DNA of 64,000 nt from Antedon mediterranea (Eukaryota; Animalia; Echinodermata): NCBI RefSeq assembly GCF_964355755.1, contig NC_092680.1, positions 20,965,045 through 21,029,044 on the forward strand, given 5' to 3'. The notes below the pieces were generated by a model. It made no database searches and was not told where the DNA came from. It saw only the letters and a program-made list of their open reading frames with translations. Each line of letters begins with the position of its first letter. Positions within the stretch are counted from its first letter, which is position 1. Shown here piece by piece: positions 27,975-41,401 of the stretch. The translations under genes and the position numbers were made by a program.

Positions 27975-28395
27975 ATTCAATTAACAATGTTGCGACAAAA
28001 ATTTCTCAAAATAATCATATCATATATATATATATTAGAAATGAATTACAATACAAATTAGGATTTTTATAATAATGTATACGTACGCACAGGTTATCCA
28101 CGGTGTTGTAGCTGATAAAATGATCAGATCAGGGCCATTAGTTGATTGGGCACCAAACAAGATAAGATTATTAGATAAGTCAAATTTTAACAATTTGAAG
28201 TATAGAGGAAACCCAAACAGGACATACATGAGGTATTGGGGAAGAATTTAATGTTAACATTTTGTTTAGCAAATAGTGCTAATCTGATTGAGTCAAGAAA
28301 CATAGGTTTTTGTATTGTATTATTTTGCTACACAATTTTAGAAATGTGTAGCAATAAGTTTGTATAGGTTTTTACTATGATACACTGGCGAAAAA

Positions 28396-28618
28396 TATTC
28401 CCTGCGCTTGGTATGTAGTATATTTTGTGTTTATAATACAGTAATCTTAGTATTCCCTGCGCTTGGTATGTAGTATATTTTGTGTTTATAATACAGTAAT
28501 CTTAGTATTCCCTGCGCTTGGTATGTAGTATATTTTGTGTTTATAATACAGTAATCTTAGTATTCCCTGCGCTTGGTATGTAGTATATTTTGTGTTTATA
28601 ATACAGTAATCTTAGTAT
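28396..28618. repeat. 55-bp tandem repeat x4
   Basis: tattccctgcgcttggtatgtagtatattttgtgtttataatacagtaatcttag begins at 28396, 28451, 28506 and 28561. Confidence 0.95.
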
Positions 28619-29533
28619 ATCGCATCAAATGAATTTTAGACATAACTGAAAAACTGATTCAATTGTGTTCAAGTGAATGTATTTTCATGGAATACTCCTA
28701 TTTATTTCCTGTGGAAAGAAAGATGAGAAATAATATACAGTATCATTACCATCATAGTCAACCGATATTTAGTGCACCAAACAGTAAATTTTTACAGTAA
28801 ATTATCAGTTTTTTAAAAAGATGTGAAATTGAAAGAAAAGGTTTTTTTTTTTAACAAATAGCTCTAATTAAAATAAGTACATGATTGTAGTTCATCCTCT
28901 TGTCTATTCTGATCTAATAATAATGTGCAGTATCCAATATTTGTAACATTTCCATTTTGTATTTTTAAAGTTTTGGTACATTTAAAGAGTTCTATTTTTT
29001 AGTATGCTATTTTAACTTGAATTATATTATATAATGTGTAATTTTAGAGAAGGCATTTAGACCTGTTGGTGCTTGGAACAATTTAATCTGTTATATATTA
29101 TACTAAACCCACATAATAATGTATACATAGCTCTATTTTCAGTATTCTTGGAAGCTTAGATTAATATAAACCTGACAGTATACATGTTTTGTAGTACTAA
29201 ACAAGATTGTTTTTGATGTAAGGAACTCCAAAACATAGGGTAGTTTATTGTAGTGTAGTGTTGTATCCTCAGTTAGCTTTCCTTAAACAAATAAATATCA
29301 TTAAGTGAATCCTTTGTGTCTATTGGCTAAAAGTTATTTTTAAAAAGTTTGTTATAATCTACTGTAGGCCTACCTGAACTTGAACAGAGTTTTTTTTTCA
29401 AATATGAACTTAAATTTTACAGAACATATAGTTTGTTACTCAAAGTGTTTAAGTTTCATTCTATTATATAATATTAATACTGTATACTAGAACAGATAAC
29501 AGAGTACAACCCAACCATAGACACAGTGTCACG

Positions 29534-30416
29534 TATGGAATGCCATTAATCTATTCGCATGTGGTGATTTCATGCTCTTATACTATTACATGCTCTCTGC
29601 ACACCATGCTCTTATGCTCATTCCTAATTCTCGTATACTCATTCTTAATGCTCGTATACTCATTCTTAATGCTCTTATACTCATTCTTAATGCTCTTATA
29701 CTCTTTCTTAATGCTCTTATACTCATTCTTAATGCTCGTATACTCATTCTTAATGCTCTTATACTCATTCTTAATGCTTTTATACTCATTCTTAATGCTC
29801 TTATACTCATTCTTAATGCTCTTACTCATTCCTGATGCTCATTTTTAGTCATGCTCTTATACTCTTTCTTAATGCTCTTATACTCTTTCTTAATGCTCTT
29901 ATACTCATTCTTAATGCTCGTATACTCATTCTTAATGCTCTTATACTCATTCTTAATGCTCTTATACTCATTCTTAATGCTCTTATACTCATTCTTAATG
30001 CTCTTATACTCATTCTTAATGCTCTTATACTCATTCTTAATGCTCGTATACTCATTCTTAATGCTCTTATACTCATTCTTAATGCTCTTACTCATTCCTG
30101 ATGCTCATTTTAAGTCATGCTCTTATACTCATTCTTAATGCTCTTACTCATTCCTGATGCTCATTTTAAGTCATGCTCTTATACTCATTCTTAATGCTCT
30201 TACTCATTCCTGATGCTCATTTTAAGTCATGCTCTTATACTCATTGTTAATGCTCTAATACTAATTTCTTAATGCTCTAATATTCTCTCGTCATGCTCTT
30301 ATGTGACTTTCCATGCTCTATACTTTTTCGTCGTGCTCTTAGTCTTATGCTTATTCTTAATGTTCTTAGTACAGTATAAGAGCATGAAGTCATCGCATGA
30401 GAAGTGGCGTTCCATA
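29534..30416. mobile_element. Non-autonomous TIR element filled with a 21-bp minisatellite
   Basis: Imperfect ~45-bp TIRs (tatggaatgcca..catgtggtgatttcatgctcttatact / agtataagagcatgaagtcatcgcatg..tggcgttccata), flanking direct repeat GTCACG (29528-33, 30417-22), interior (ctcattcttaatgctcttata)n. Confidence 0.8.
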
Positions 30417-32549
30417 GTCACGTAACTCGCTGCTTCCCTCTCTTTCGATTGGATGTGAATATTACGTCATGCATCCTGCTGTAGTAAACAAAACATAGCA
30501 GAGGAGGAGACGTTACGTGTTAAAAACACGTTGATTTGGCATGGTGCTTAATTTCTTGATTTTGCATAAATTGTCGAAAGTTAGAGAGTTATATCATCCT
30601 AATTAAATAATAGTCATTATCTGTTTTTATCTGACAACACATTATATTGTAGGTAGGTAAAAAATGAAAATCGCTACTAGTACTAGGCCTAGGCCTACCT
30701 CTAGTAGGCCTAAGGCCTAACTAGGTAGGGCCTACAGTTACATACTAGCCTAGCTAGGGCTACTAACTAGTAGGCTAGGCCTAGGCTAAGCTATACTATA
30801 GCCTACCTGGAGGCTAGGCCTAGGCCGCCTTAGTAGGCCTAGCCTAGGCTCTATTTTAAATTTATTTATTAACTAGAGGCTAGCTAACAGTGCTTACTGA
30901 GTAGCTAGTAGGTAGGCCCTAGCGAGATAGCCTACCGTTAATAAATAGATAATAGGCCATAACATTATTATAACAGATTCCCATTATAACTAGGCTAGGC
31001 CTACTACTAGAGTCTAGCTAGAGTATTATATAAAAGACCATGTAGGCCTAGTTAAGCTAGATAGAACTGAAGGATTAAACAGTCCAGGTCCCTAATAATT
31101 GATTTCTGAAGGGTGCTCATATCCATTATTAATTGATTAAAAATACAAAAATTATCGAGTTTTTACAATTTTATGTTTGCAGGATGTTGTAGGCAACTCG
31201 TGAGTAGGTTGGATGAAGTATTTGAACAATTTTGAGTAATTTTAAGAGGAGGTGGGTACGAAACTGCATTAGCGCCGAAACGGATAATTATATGAAATTA
31301 TTAGAAAATATTAGCTGTTAAATAAAATTAATATTACAGTTCAAATAAGGCCCTAATTTGTTTACATTTAATTTTTTTTTGTAAAACTAGTGATTTGTAT
31401 TTTAACAAGCATACTTATATAATTAATTATTAATTTTATTTTTTGTTATTAATTCAATTGAACTGGAATTGTTATGACTATGATGAAAATACTGCTGCTT
31501 CCATATTTTATTGTTTCACTGATTTTATTCGTGAATAAAGATACCAAGAATATACTGTACCACGTACGTCACCAGTTCCTATAGTTATTTTGTTGAAACT
31601 GAAACTAAAGAGGCCAATTCATTTTATGGATTTAGGATACATACAATAGCAGCACAATACAAAGCAAATTGTGGTATTTGAATATCAATAAACAGGAATT
31701 TAATGACCTTGCCAAAATAAACACTGTACTGATCAAATGAGAGGAGTTATGTCTTGTGATGCAATAACAGACATTTGTTAAAATTTACTGTAATGTTATA
31801 ATTAATAATAATAATATAATATGTATTAGTTACTCTCGGAACACTCTCATAACAAGAGGTACTACGACTCCGACCCATACAAAATGTTTACAAAATATAG
31901 TCATTCATACAGATACAAAAAAGTAATAATGGTTCACAATTACAAAACATCAAGCAGCACAAATTCTACTTACTTATTATCAGTAAAAAAAAAATGAATT
32001 CATATTAAGGGGTGGAAATGTTTTTCAATATTTCAGTCCTATGTGTCATAGCTTTAGTTAAAAATGGTTTACTAAATTATTGTCAATAATACACCAAATT
32101 GTTTTATCTTGGTATAAATCATATTTGTCGTCTAGTAATAAGTGATGCTTAAATTCTGTTGAGGTAATAAAAAATGTCCCAATAGTAGTTTAGGGCCACT
32201 ATCTGTATACTAAATATATTACAAATATATTTTGATATTAAAATCAGTGATTCAATAACAGTATTTCCTCAATAAATTAATTACTGTATTACATTTACAT
32301 TGCAACAAAAGTGCAAAGAGAGAATTGAGTCCATTCTTGTGATAACACAGGCTATACGACACTGGTGAGAAGTGTATTAAACTACTCAGTCTGGAGAGGG
32401 TGATTTTTTTCTACACTTTCTTTTAAATATAATACAGTAACTCTCCAAAAACTTTTTTCTACTACATGAAATTAGTTTTTTTGTTGTATTTTAAAACATG
32501 TAAAACATGTATTTTATGTACCACCCATGGTACCAAGATCTATTCGTAA

Positions 32550-33250
32550 TTTTAAAAATGTGTATCGTCGACCCACCAGCTTTTTAATGATGAATGTGAA
32601 ATTCTAAGGAAGATTTTTAAGCGTCTGAAATATCTAGATGAACTAATAACAACAACCATACATAACTTTAAACCAGCAGAGAGCAATAACAACACTGCAG
32701 AAGGTGAAACAGATTTATCCGAAATACCAGTGCAAATCATCCTGCCATTCAAAGACCAGAAATCTGCGAACTCCGTCAAGCGACAACTATGTCAACTAAG
32801 TCACAAGATAAACAAAAACATTGTCCCTGTATTCATAAGTAAAAAAGTTAAAGAACATTAGGAAAGTCGAAAAGAAACCAACTATTATAAGTCAACAATG
32901 TGTTGTGTATAAATTTAAATGTGACTTGTGCGATGCAAGTTATGTTGGATATACATGCCGACACCTCTACCAACGCATTGTTGAACATAGTAGATGCTTA
33001 ATAGGACAGCATTTGAAAGATCATAACGTGATTGTTAATCCCAGTAAAATTAATTCATGTTTTAGTATACTTAGGAAATGCAAAAACAAATTTGACTGTC
33101 TTATCTATGAAATGTTGTATATCAGACAATTAAAACCTAGTCTGAATAAACAAAGTGACTCTGTAAAAGCTAAGCTTTTCATTTGACAGGATGTTAGACA
33201 ATAGGTCTTTTGTTATTTAAACTTTGACCCTTGGCTTGTGCTACTTGATT
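32550..33250 (+). mobile_element. Penelope-like retroelement 3' part (linker + GIY-YIG endonuclease), decayed
   Basis: ..LPFKDQKSANSVKRQL.., then a frameshift, then VVYKFKCDLCDASYVGYTCRHLYQRIVEH..LIYEMLYIRQLKPSLNKQ (ORF 32905-33186). Confidence 0.9.
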
Positions 33251-33256
33251 ATCAGT

Positions 33257-34584
33257 AATCAATCAATCGTTCGATTTATATAGCACCATTTCAACATTCA
33301 TTGCTCATGGCGCTGTAAAAAATCAGAAAAGGTGAGTTTTGAGTAGTGACTTAAAGTGACTCAATAATGATGTGTGTTTAATGTTCAAGGGTAGGTGGTT
33401 CCAGAGCCTAGGTCCAGCAACACTGAAAGTCCGATCTCCCCAACTATGTTTGCTCCTTGGAATGTCCAGTAGCACCTGATGACTAGATCTTAGTTCTCGC
33501 TTTCCCTTCTTGACTGTCAACAATTCTGAGAGATATTTTGGAGCGCAACTATTTAGGCATCGGAACACCAGCAGCAGGATCTTAAATTTAACATGTGACT
33601 CCATGGGTAGCCAATTTAACTCTTTGAACAATGGTGTGACGTGATCATACTTCTTGGCACACATCACCAAGCGAGCTGCCCAATTTTGCCCCTTCTGGAG
33701 AGTCCGCAACTGCTTCTTTGGCAGACCATACAGCAGGGAATTTCCCATATCAAGCCGACTGGTAACAAAAGCATGTACAATCTGCTCTGTTGCACAATGG
33801 TTCAAGTAACGTCTGATCTTGGCGATGTTACATAAATGGAAAATAGCAGATCGGCAGATTTTGTTGATATGTGATTCCATGGTCATTTTACAATCAAGTT
33901 GTACACCAAGGTTACGAACTTCTGATGATGGATTGACTAGTATGCCACCAATATGTAGGCCATCAAACCGGATCTTTTTTCTCTGCTGAACAGAACCAAA
34001 TAGGATCACCTCGGTCTTTTTATCATTTAGCTTGAGGAAGTTGGAGCCCATCCATTTTCTAATCTCAGCAGTGCATGCTTCTAACCGTTTTACGGCGGAC
34101 AGAAACTTGGTCTGGCAAGGCTTGACAGAAACGTAGATTTGTATATCATCTGCATAGAAATGATGACATAATCCGTGTCTTCGTATTATTTCAGCAACTG
34201 GGGCAACATAGATGGAAAACAGCTGTGGTCCAAGCACCGAACCTTGTGGGATGCCACATAATAGAGGAAGGTCATCTGATGAAACATCACCAATGCAGAC
34301 GGCCTGGGTTCTGTTCCTTAGATATGATGTGAACCAAGACAATGCTTGATCTCTTACCCCAATATCATGTGACAATCTATGAAGAAGCAGTGAGTGATCT
34401 ACTGTGTCAAAAGCAGCCGATAAGTCTAGTAAAACTAGAATAACAAGTTCTTGATTATCTATTGATGTCAAAACGTCATTCTGAACACGTAGAAGCGCTG
34501 TCTCCAAACTGTGGTTAGCTTTGTATGCTGATTGGTAAGTTTCATGGAGGTTGCGATTTGACATATGCTTAGAAAGTCTAACTG
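33257..34584 (-). mobile_element. L2-clade LINE, RT C-terminal part and 3' end
   Basis: QSAYKANHSLETAL, LLDLSAAFDTVDH, GIPQGSVLGP and YADD motifs; 3' tail gtgctatataaat..(gatt)n on the minus strand. Confidence 0.92.
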
Positions 34585-35413
34585 TAAGGTAAGGTAACAC
34601 AAATTCAGAAAGTTATTGTAACTGAAATTAAGCAGTAGACATAAGCATAGTATTATAAATTATATTAATTAAAATAGTTTTTTATAGACAAATACAATCA
34701 ATAAACATACAAAATCAAAGCATGGATAACAATAAAAATAACGGTGATGAAAACGAAATATCAAATCCAATGGATATACTATTTAATCCAATATCTATTG
34801 ATAATGGTAATAATGACCATGACGAATTCATTGAATATAGTCTCAGAAACAAGCTAAATGCTATTGAGACATGTTCTTATATGAGTCCATATGACTTGAA
34901 TGAATCTGTGAAGAAATTAAAAAATATTGGCTACTCATTTCTTCACTATAATATTCGAAGTATCAATAAACACATTGATGAACTAACTACATACCTAAAC
35001 TTAATCAACCACCCCTTTACAGTTATTGGTATATCGGAAACATGGTTAAACAATACATCGTGCAAACCATATTTACCGAGCTATGACTTCCTCGCATTAG
35101 ATAGGAAGAACCGTAAAGGAGGGGGAGTTGGTATGTTTGTTTCTGCTACAATTGACATAAAAGAACGAAAAGATCTATTTATTGAATCTTGTGAATGTAT
35201 TTTTATTGAAATAATTGAAAAAAAATGTAACAATACGATTGTTGGTATAATATATAGACCTCCCGATTCGAATATAGAACTTTTTAATAGATCACTAGAC
35301 GATATTCTTAATACTATTGATATCGAGGGAAAATCATGCCACATTACGGGTGATTTTAACATTAATTTACTTAAGCATGCATCGACTGATTTTGTAAATA
35401 ATTTTCTAGAAGT

Positions 35414-38150
35414 CTGGGGCGGATCCAGAGGGGGGGTCCACGGGGTCCGGACCCCCCCTAAATTTTAAGGGTGCCCTTTTTTTAGAGGTTCAATATTTTA
35501 TTCGTGTGACATATTTGTGTGTATATTAGTATGCACAGAGTAGGCTACACTAACCCCAAAAATAAAAACAGAAATTTATCACAATGATCGCGATGTTAAG
35601 TTACGGCGGCCGATCAAAGAGCATCGTGAGAGGTGGTGACGCGTGATGATCTCTACTTAAACTTCTAAAAATAGATCGTTTCAAATACTACAGAGGGCGC
35701 AAGTAAACTTTTTACGATTCAACTCCGCGTACGTTACCATGCGCGCTATGTCATTGACGCGATTATTTGTGTATTGGTAAACACATTTTTATGTATTATT
35801 ATTCTGAAAATAATTGAATTGTAAACATAATTCTTTTGAGTATTTGTTTATTTACATATCATTCCATCAGATCAACTATTTTTTATTTCCATTACTTCCA
35901 ACCAAACATGTAAAAAAATGTAGTTAAAATATCGTAATATCTAGCGCGTACTAGTACTACAAGCCATGTGCTTTTTTCTCTGAGAAATATTTATTATAAG
36001 TGCCAAAAAAATCGATATGAAGCCTTTATTATTCAAATCTTTTAAAGAAAAATCACACATACCATAAAGAAGGTTCATTTATTTCATTTTTGAAACAATA
36101 TTTGTGAAAATTACGTGAGGCTCAACTACAAAACCACCATTTTGTGATATAATGTCATCGTAAGCCAATCAAAGCTGAGCTTTCCCGCGATCGGCAGAAC
36201 TCACGGTTGAATGATTTTGGATTCTGGCTATCTGATTGGTGGACGCGAATCACCCACAGCGGAATGTTTTCTCTCGCGTGTACCAAGAAGTCACGTGATC
36301 TCTCTGTACTGAACGGTACGACACAAATTTAGAGCAATGAATTTGTACAACTCTAAATATTTTATAAACATTTAATAACTTATTTTATTGATATTTCCAA
36401 TGTTGATGTATAAAAGAAATTACTATAAAACGTAATTATATGTAATTATTTTAGCGAAAAATGGCGCAATTTGTTTACAACGTTCGTGGCCAAAAACGAT
36501 CATTTTCGGCAATGTTTTAGACCCTATATTTCGAAAACTTACTACAAGTCAGATTTTCGTAATTCTTTCTTTATTGGAATATTGAAACAACATACCAACA
36601 GATAATGTTTAAATTGGTTGAAAAATAACAACTTTTAATTTTGCATCGTTATCAGTGGTGGCGCCAGCGGGGGGGCTACGGGGGCTCTAGCCCCCTCGTC
36701 GGGGAGCCTAGCCCCCCCCCCCCCCCCCGTCGGGGAACACGGGTACTTTTTGTCGGGGAATATAATATACAGTAAAAAGCGTTCGCGTTCACTTCGTTGC
36801 TAGCTTCAGCGCCTAGAAAACCGCGACGTTTCATTGACCGTCAGAGTGATATTATGCACTTTATATGCATTCATTATTGCCAGCGATCTAACTTACTACT
36901 AAACAATAGCTAGGTACGCACTTGTCTGGCGGTATCCCTTTGTACGAATCGTTCAACGTTGGGTCGAGACGCGTGATATCATGTTCCATCCAGGGACCAA
37001 AATGTGTACTGTAGTTATTTTCCAGGCGAAGTTTACCGACGGTTACGTCGTGTACTGCGTCGACGTACGCTACACTACAGCAAAAATGAATTATGTTAAT
37101 TGTTCGTATGTTCACCAATTTTTTAATTTACAAGTAACCTTCTGTACCGTGGGGCACCTAAAATAAATTTTTCATCCATTACTAAACAAAAAAACATGTC
37201 ATTTTCGCTTAGCCATTATTATAGCTAAGTTATTACATTTTCAATATCCTGTATGTCATGAATTTCTCACCACTCGGATGTCCAGATGGTACGCACGCAT
37301 ACACTTGTGAGGAATAAACTTATTTCCCCGACTGAAAAAGGTCTACGCTTGCGTTTTTTAAGCCTCTAGGCCTGATGTTTCCAAAGTATAAAATGCAATT
37401 TTTTGAAGACCTGCAGCTCTAGTTTTAAACATTTTCTTAGCTCAGCCCCAACAATAAAGCTGGTCATATTTCGAAGAACAAGAAGTGCATTTTCCGGGAC
37501 CTAACATCTCTAATTTTCAAACATTTCTTAGCTCAGTCACAACCATGATAGGGACTTATATATTTTGTTTCATGTTTTGAAGTATAATAAGTCCAATTTC
37601 CGGGACCTCCAACTCTATTTTTCTAAATTTTCTTTGAACTTTTATTTTTTAAATTGAAAAATATAGATTGAAACAGTCATCGCGCATCGTTTTTTTGCAC
37701 GCAGTATTTTATTTATGCATTATAAAAAATGGAAAAAATGGCTACCCTAAATCTGATTAAAATGACCTCAAATGACGCTAGAACGCGTTGCTTCCGGGGG
37801 GTTCGCCCCCCTGGACCCCCACCGGGGGCCCTTGGCGGCCCCCTGGCCCCCCAGCCTAGTGATAGCCCCCTCGTCGGGGAATGTAGCCCCCGCGTCGGGA
37901 AGATCCTGGCGCCACCCCTGATCGTTATCCCTGCTAATAAAGTGTCATTTCCGGCGAACTAGAAAGGTGCCATTTATCATGGATTTTGCGTGCGAGAGTG
38001 CCATTTCCGGCCATCTAAGTGTGTCCTGTAACAAAATTCGCTTCGCCACAACCCCCACCATGCGGGGGGCTGTGGCTCAAATACTCAATATCTGATGTGC
38101 CCTTTTTATCGGCGGACCCCCCCTCTCAAAAATGTCTGGATCCGCCCCAG
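35414..38150. mobile_element. Non-autonomous DNA transposon, 16-bp TIR, 5-bp TSD
   Basis: TIR ctggggcggatccaga / tctggatccgccccag; TSD GAAGT (35409-13, 38151-55). Excision restores the APE frame NFLEVMMSH. Confidence 0.92.
36653..37920. mobile_element. hAT-like non-autonomous element, 8-bp TSD
   Basis: TIR cagtggtggcgccag / ctggcgccacccctg; TSD ATCGTTAT (36645-52, 37921-28); subterminal tagccccctcgtcgggga repeats. Confidence 0.92.
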
Positions 38151-40821
38151 GAAGTAATGATGTCGCATTCCTTCTACCCATCGATTTCAAGACCCACTAG
38201 AATACAAAACAACACATCTTCATTAATTGATAACATTTTCTCCAATACACTTTCTGAACAAATGTTATCTGGTATACTAATCTCAGACATATCTGATCAT
38301 TTACCGGTATACCAAATTATCCACTCCGTGCCCGACAAACATATTAAAGTAAAAACCGGTAATATAGAACCTCATAAATATGCAATAAACGAAAGAAATA
38401 TAAATAAACTATAATGACTTATTACCTGTTGATTGGGCTGATGTATATGTAAGGACAAACCCTGATGATGCTTACAATGCTTTTATCAACACTTTCAAAA
38501 AATTATATAATAAAAACTTTAAAAAAAAAGAAAAAGTTCAAGAAAATCACAAAAAGTATAAAAAGTTCAAACAACCATGGATGAGCTCAAGACTCTTAAA
38601 GTCTAGCAAAAGAAAACATGTGTTGTACAACAAATTTATAAAACATCCCTCGTCTAAAAATAAGGATATTTATAAAGAGTTTAATAAGTCATTTATGCGT
38701 ACATGCAAAACGGCAAAGAAATCATATTATGAAAATGTTTTTAACAATACTAAAGGAAATAAAAAAAAAACATGGAGGCAAAAATAATGTTCCATCCACT
38801 TTTACATCTGGTGACAAACTCATAGAGGGTTGTGAGCCTATTGCAAACCACATTAACGATTATTTTATTAATGTTGGTCTCAAGGTACGAGACAGTATTG
38901 AGCCATCAACGGCACAATACTCTGATTACCTGCTAAACAGGCAAAGTAACTCTATGTTTTTCTACCATGTAAATGAGGAGGAAGTGTTAAAAGTGATTCA
39001 ATCACTTGATGCAAACAAAACACCTGGTTTTGATGATATTTCACCAAAGGTAGTCAAGGCAGTTGGTGATGCTATTGTAAAGCCCTTGACTTATATATTC
39101 AACGTATCTCTTCACTCCGGCTCAATACCGGAACAGATAAAAATTGCAAAAGTAATTCCCATATATAAAAAAGGGGACCGTCATTTAGCCTCGAATTATC
39201 GCCCGATATCACTACTACCAATTTTCTCTAAAATCTTTGAAAAGATAGTCCATTCCAGATTGTATAATTACTTTAAAACTTACAATATACTAAATGATTG
39301 GCAATACGGCTTCCGAAACAATCATTCAACCTCCCACGCTATAATTGATCTGATCCACAAAATACTAAAGGCATTTGAAAACAAAGAGTTCGTAATTGCC
39401 ACATTTATGGATTTGTCAAAGGCATTTGATATTATTGACCACAGTATCTTACTGAACAAGCTATTCCACTATGGTATAAGAGGTGTTACACTAAAATGGT
39501 TCAGTAACTACTTAAAATCACGAAAGCAATATGTTTTTATAAATGGTACTTCATCTAATATTAAGGAGACTAGTAATGGTGTTCCACAAGGGTCCGTTTT
39601 GGGACCTTTGTTGTTTCTTGTATATGTAAACGATATATGTAACTCAAGTACACAAATTGAATTAATTAGCTTTGCCGATGATACAACAGGATTCAAGTGT
39701 GGAAATAACCTGAACGCATTGGCAAACACTATGAATGTGGAACTAGATAGAATTAATATGTGGTTCAAAGCTAATAAACTTTTATTAAACACCAGCAAAA
39801 CAAATTACGTAATCTTTAAAACTGCCCAAAGGCGTATTATTACAACCAACATTGAATTGAAAATGAATAACATTACTTTAGAACAACAAAAAAATGTAAC
39901 ATTTCTTGGGGTTGTAATAAATGAGAACCTTTGCTGGAAAAATCATATAAGGCTTATTAGCAAAAAAACCGCTAGGTCTATTGGAATATTGATAAAAACT
40001 AGACATTTTTTTCCTAATTATATTTTAACAAATTTGTATAATACATTAATTCTACCGCACCTTCAGTATGGAAACATTATTTGGGGCAGTACATATGATA
40101 GTACACTAGAATCCCTTCTTAAACTCCAGAAAAAGGCTGCTAGAATAATTTTATTTAAAAAGCCATGGCAACATTCTGAGCCACTGTTTAAGCAATTAAA
40201 TATACTTAACATACAAGATATCAACAGAGTTACCGTCCTAGATTTCATGGCCCAGATTAAAAGCAATGTTTTACCCAGACGAATCCAAATGATATTCAAA
40301 AGAAACGAAAATACTACCCATAATCTTCGAAATATTTGTAGCGTAAAACAACCATACTCTAGGTTAACGTCTGGTCAACATTTTATCAGTATTCACGGAC
40401 CGAAACTATGGAACGAGCTCTGTAGAAATCACTTAGATATTGTTAAAAAAAATTATAAAATACTAAAAAAATATGTAAAAAGAGACATTTTATCGAATTA
40501 CAGAACTTAAAATGCTTCACTCATAAAATATAGATGCATATATTATGCATTTGTGTTGGTGTGTGCGAGTATACACACATAGTACAAATAATCATGTTAA
40601 AAAAACAGTATCGATTTTTGATGATGAACAACTCTAAAATGTATATAGGAATGTTTTTTTTTATTTTGTATCTATTATGTTGTGTTTATTGTTTTATGTT
40701 TTTTATGTAAAAGGGTCCTGCGAAAACAGAAGTGTAAACTTCTCTATGCAGGATCCTTGCCATCATTTATGCTATGAAACTGTATTTATAAACGATGAGT
40801 AAATAAATGTGAAAAATGTGA

Positions 40822-41140
40822 AACTGCAACAACACGCTCAATAAGCTTCGAAACAAAGGATAAATTTGAAACCGGTCTATAATATTTAAGAACTTCTGGG
40901 TTGAGGCCAGTCTTCTTCAGCAAAGGCCGTACATGTGCTTTCTTTAAATTCTGCGGTACTGTGGATGTGATAAGTGAAAGATTAACTAATTTCATTAGCA
41001 CTGGAACTATTACAGGAGCGCAATCCCTTAAAAGCCAAGTTGGAATAGGATCTAGCTCACAAGACTTTATCGGGGATGCCTTGATCAATTTCTCGATCTC
41101 CTCATCTGTGGTTGGTTCAAGAATAGACAGTTGACAGCTT
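40822..41140 (-). mobile_element. L2-clade LINE, 5' part of the same RT ORF (5'-truncated)
   Basis: KSCELDPIPTWLL..YRPVSNLSFVSKLIERVVAV joins in frame to RLSKHM at ~34580 once 34585-40821 and one AACTG are removed. Confidence 0.9.
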
Positions 41141-41185
41141 AAAGGAGCCCTTGTACTAAATTAGTTGTTGTTTTATATTTTATTC

Positions 41186-41235
41186 ATTGGACTTGATAAT
41201 GACCCCATGATGGAGTCGAAACGTCGTTCTCTTTT
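41186..41235 (+). ncRNA. Minimal hammerhead-like motif in the Penelope 3' tail
   Basis: UUGAUAA (U3-A8 variant of CUGANGA), stem GACCCCA/UGGAGUC, GAAA, then a short acgucgu stem III. Stem I is not convincingly paired. Confidence 0.5.
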
Positions 41236-41401
41236 AAGCGTTATTTTTATATTATGTATTTACAACAAACGTACTCTCATTCGTAAATTAGATTGTACAT
41301 TTATTGCCACAACAGAACAGTAATGAAAGTTGACGAAATATAAGAAAGACACAAAAACTAAGAAGCTGTAATAAACAAAACTATTATTTTCTGCAGGGAA
41401 A

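Larger units (their letters stand above)
34585..40821 (+). mobile_element. Second LINE (CR1/L2-group, Crack/Daphne-like) with APE endonuclease + RT, frameshifted and interrupted
   Basis: APE motifs HYNIRS, ISETW, IYRPP, GDFN, then PTR, LIDNIF and ISDH after the insertion. RT 38729-40510 has YRPISLL, QYGFR, DLSKAFD, GVPQGSVLGP and FADD. AATAAA plus (aaatgtga)2 tail; flanking AACTG duplication; frameshifts near 38414 and 38770. Confidence 0.92.

Noticed and set aside
28396-28618. Regular repeats resembling a CRISPR array (also 3860-4106 and 63275-63740)
   Set aside because: Head-to-tail units with no unique spacers, no cas genes, eukaryotic context.
29540-30138. Eight overlapping ORFs with heptad repeats (SIKNEYK, LILILNA etc.)
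   Set aside because: By-products of a stop-poor 21-bp minisatellite inside a TIR element; no splice or domain support.
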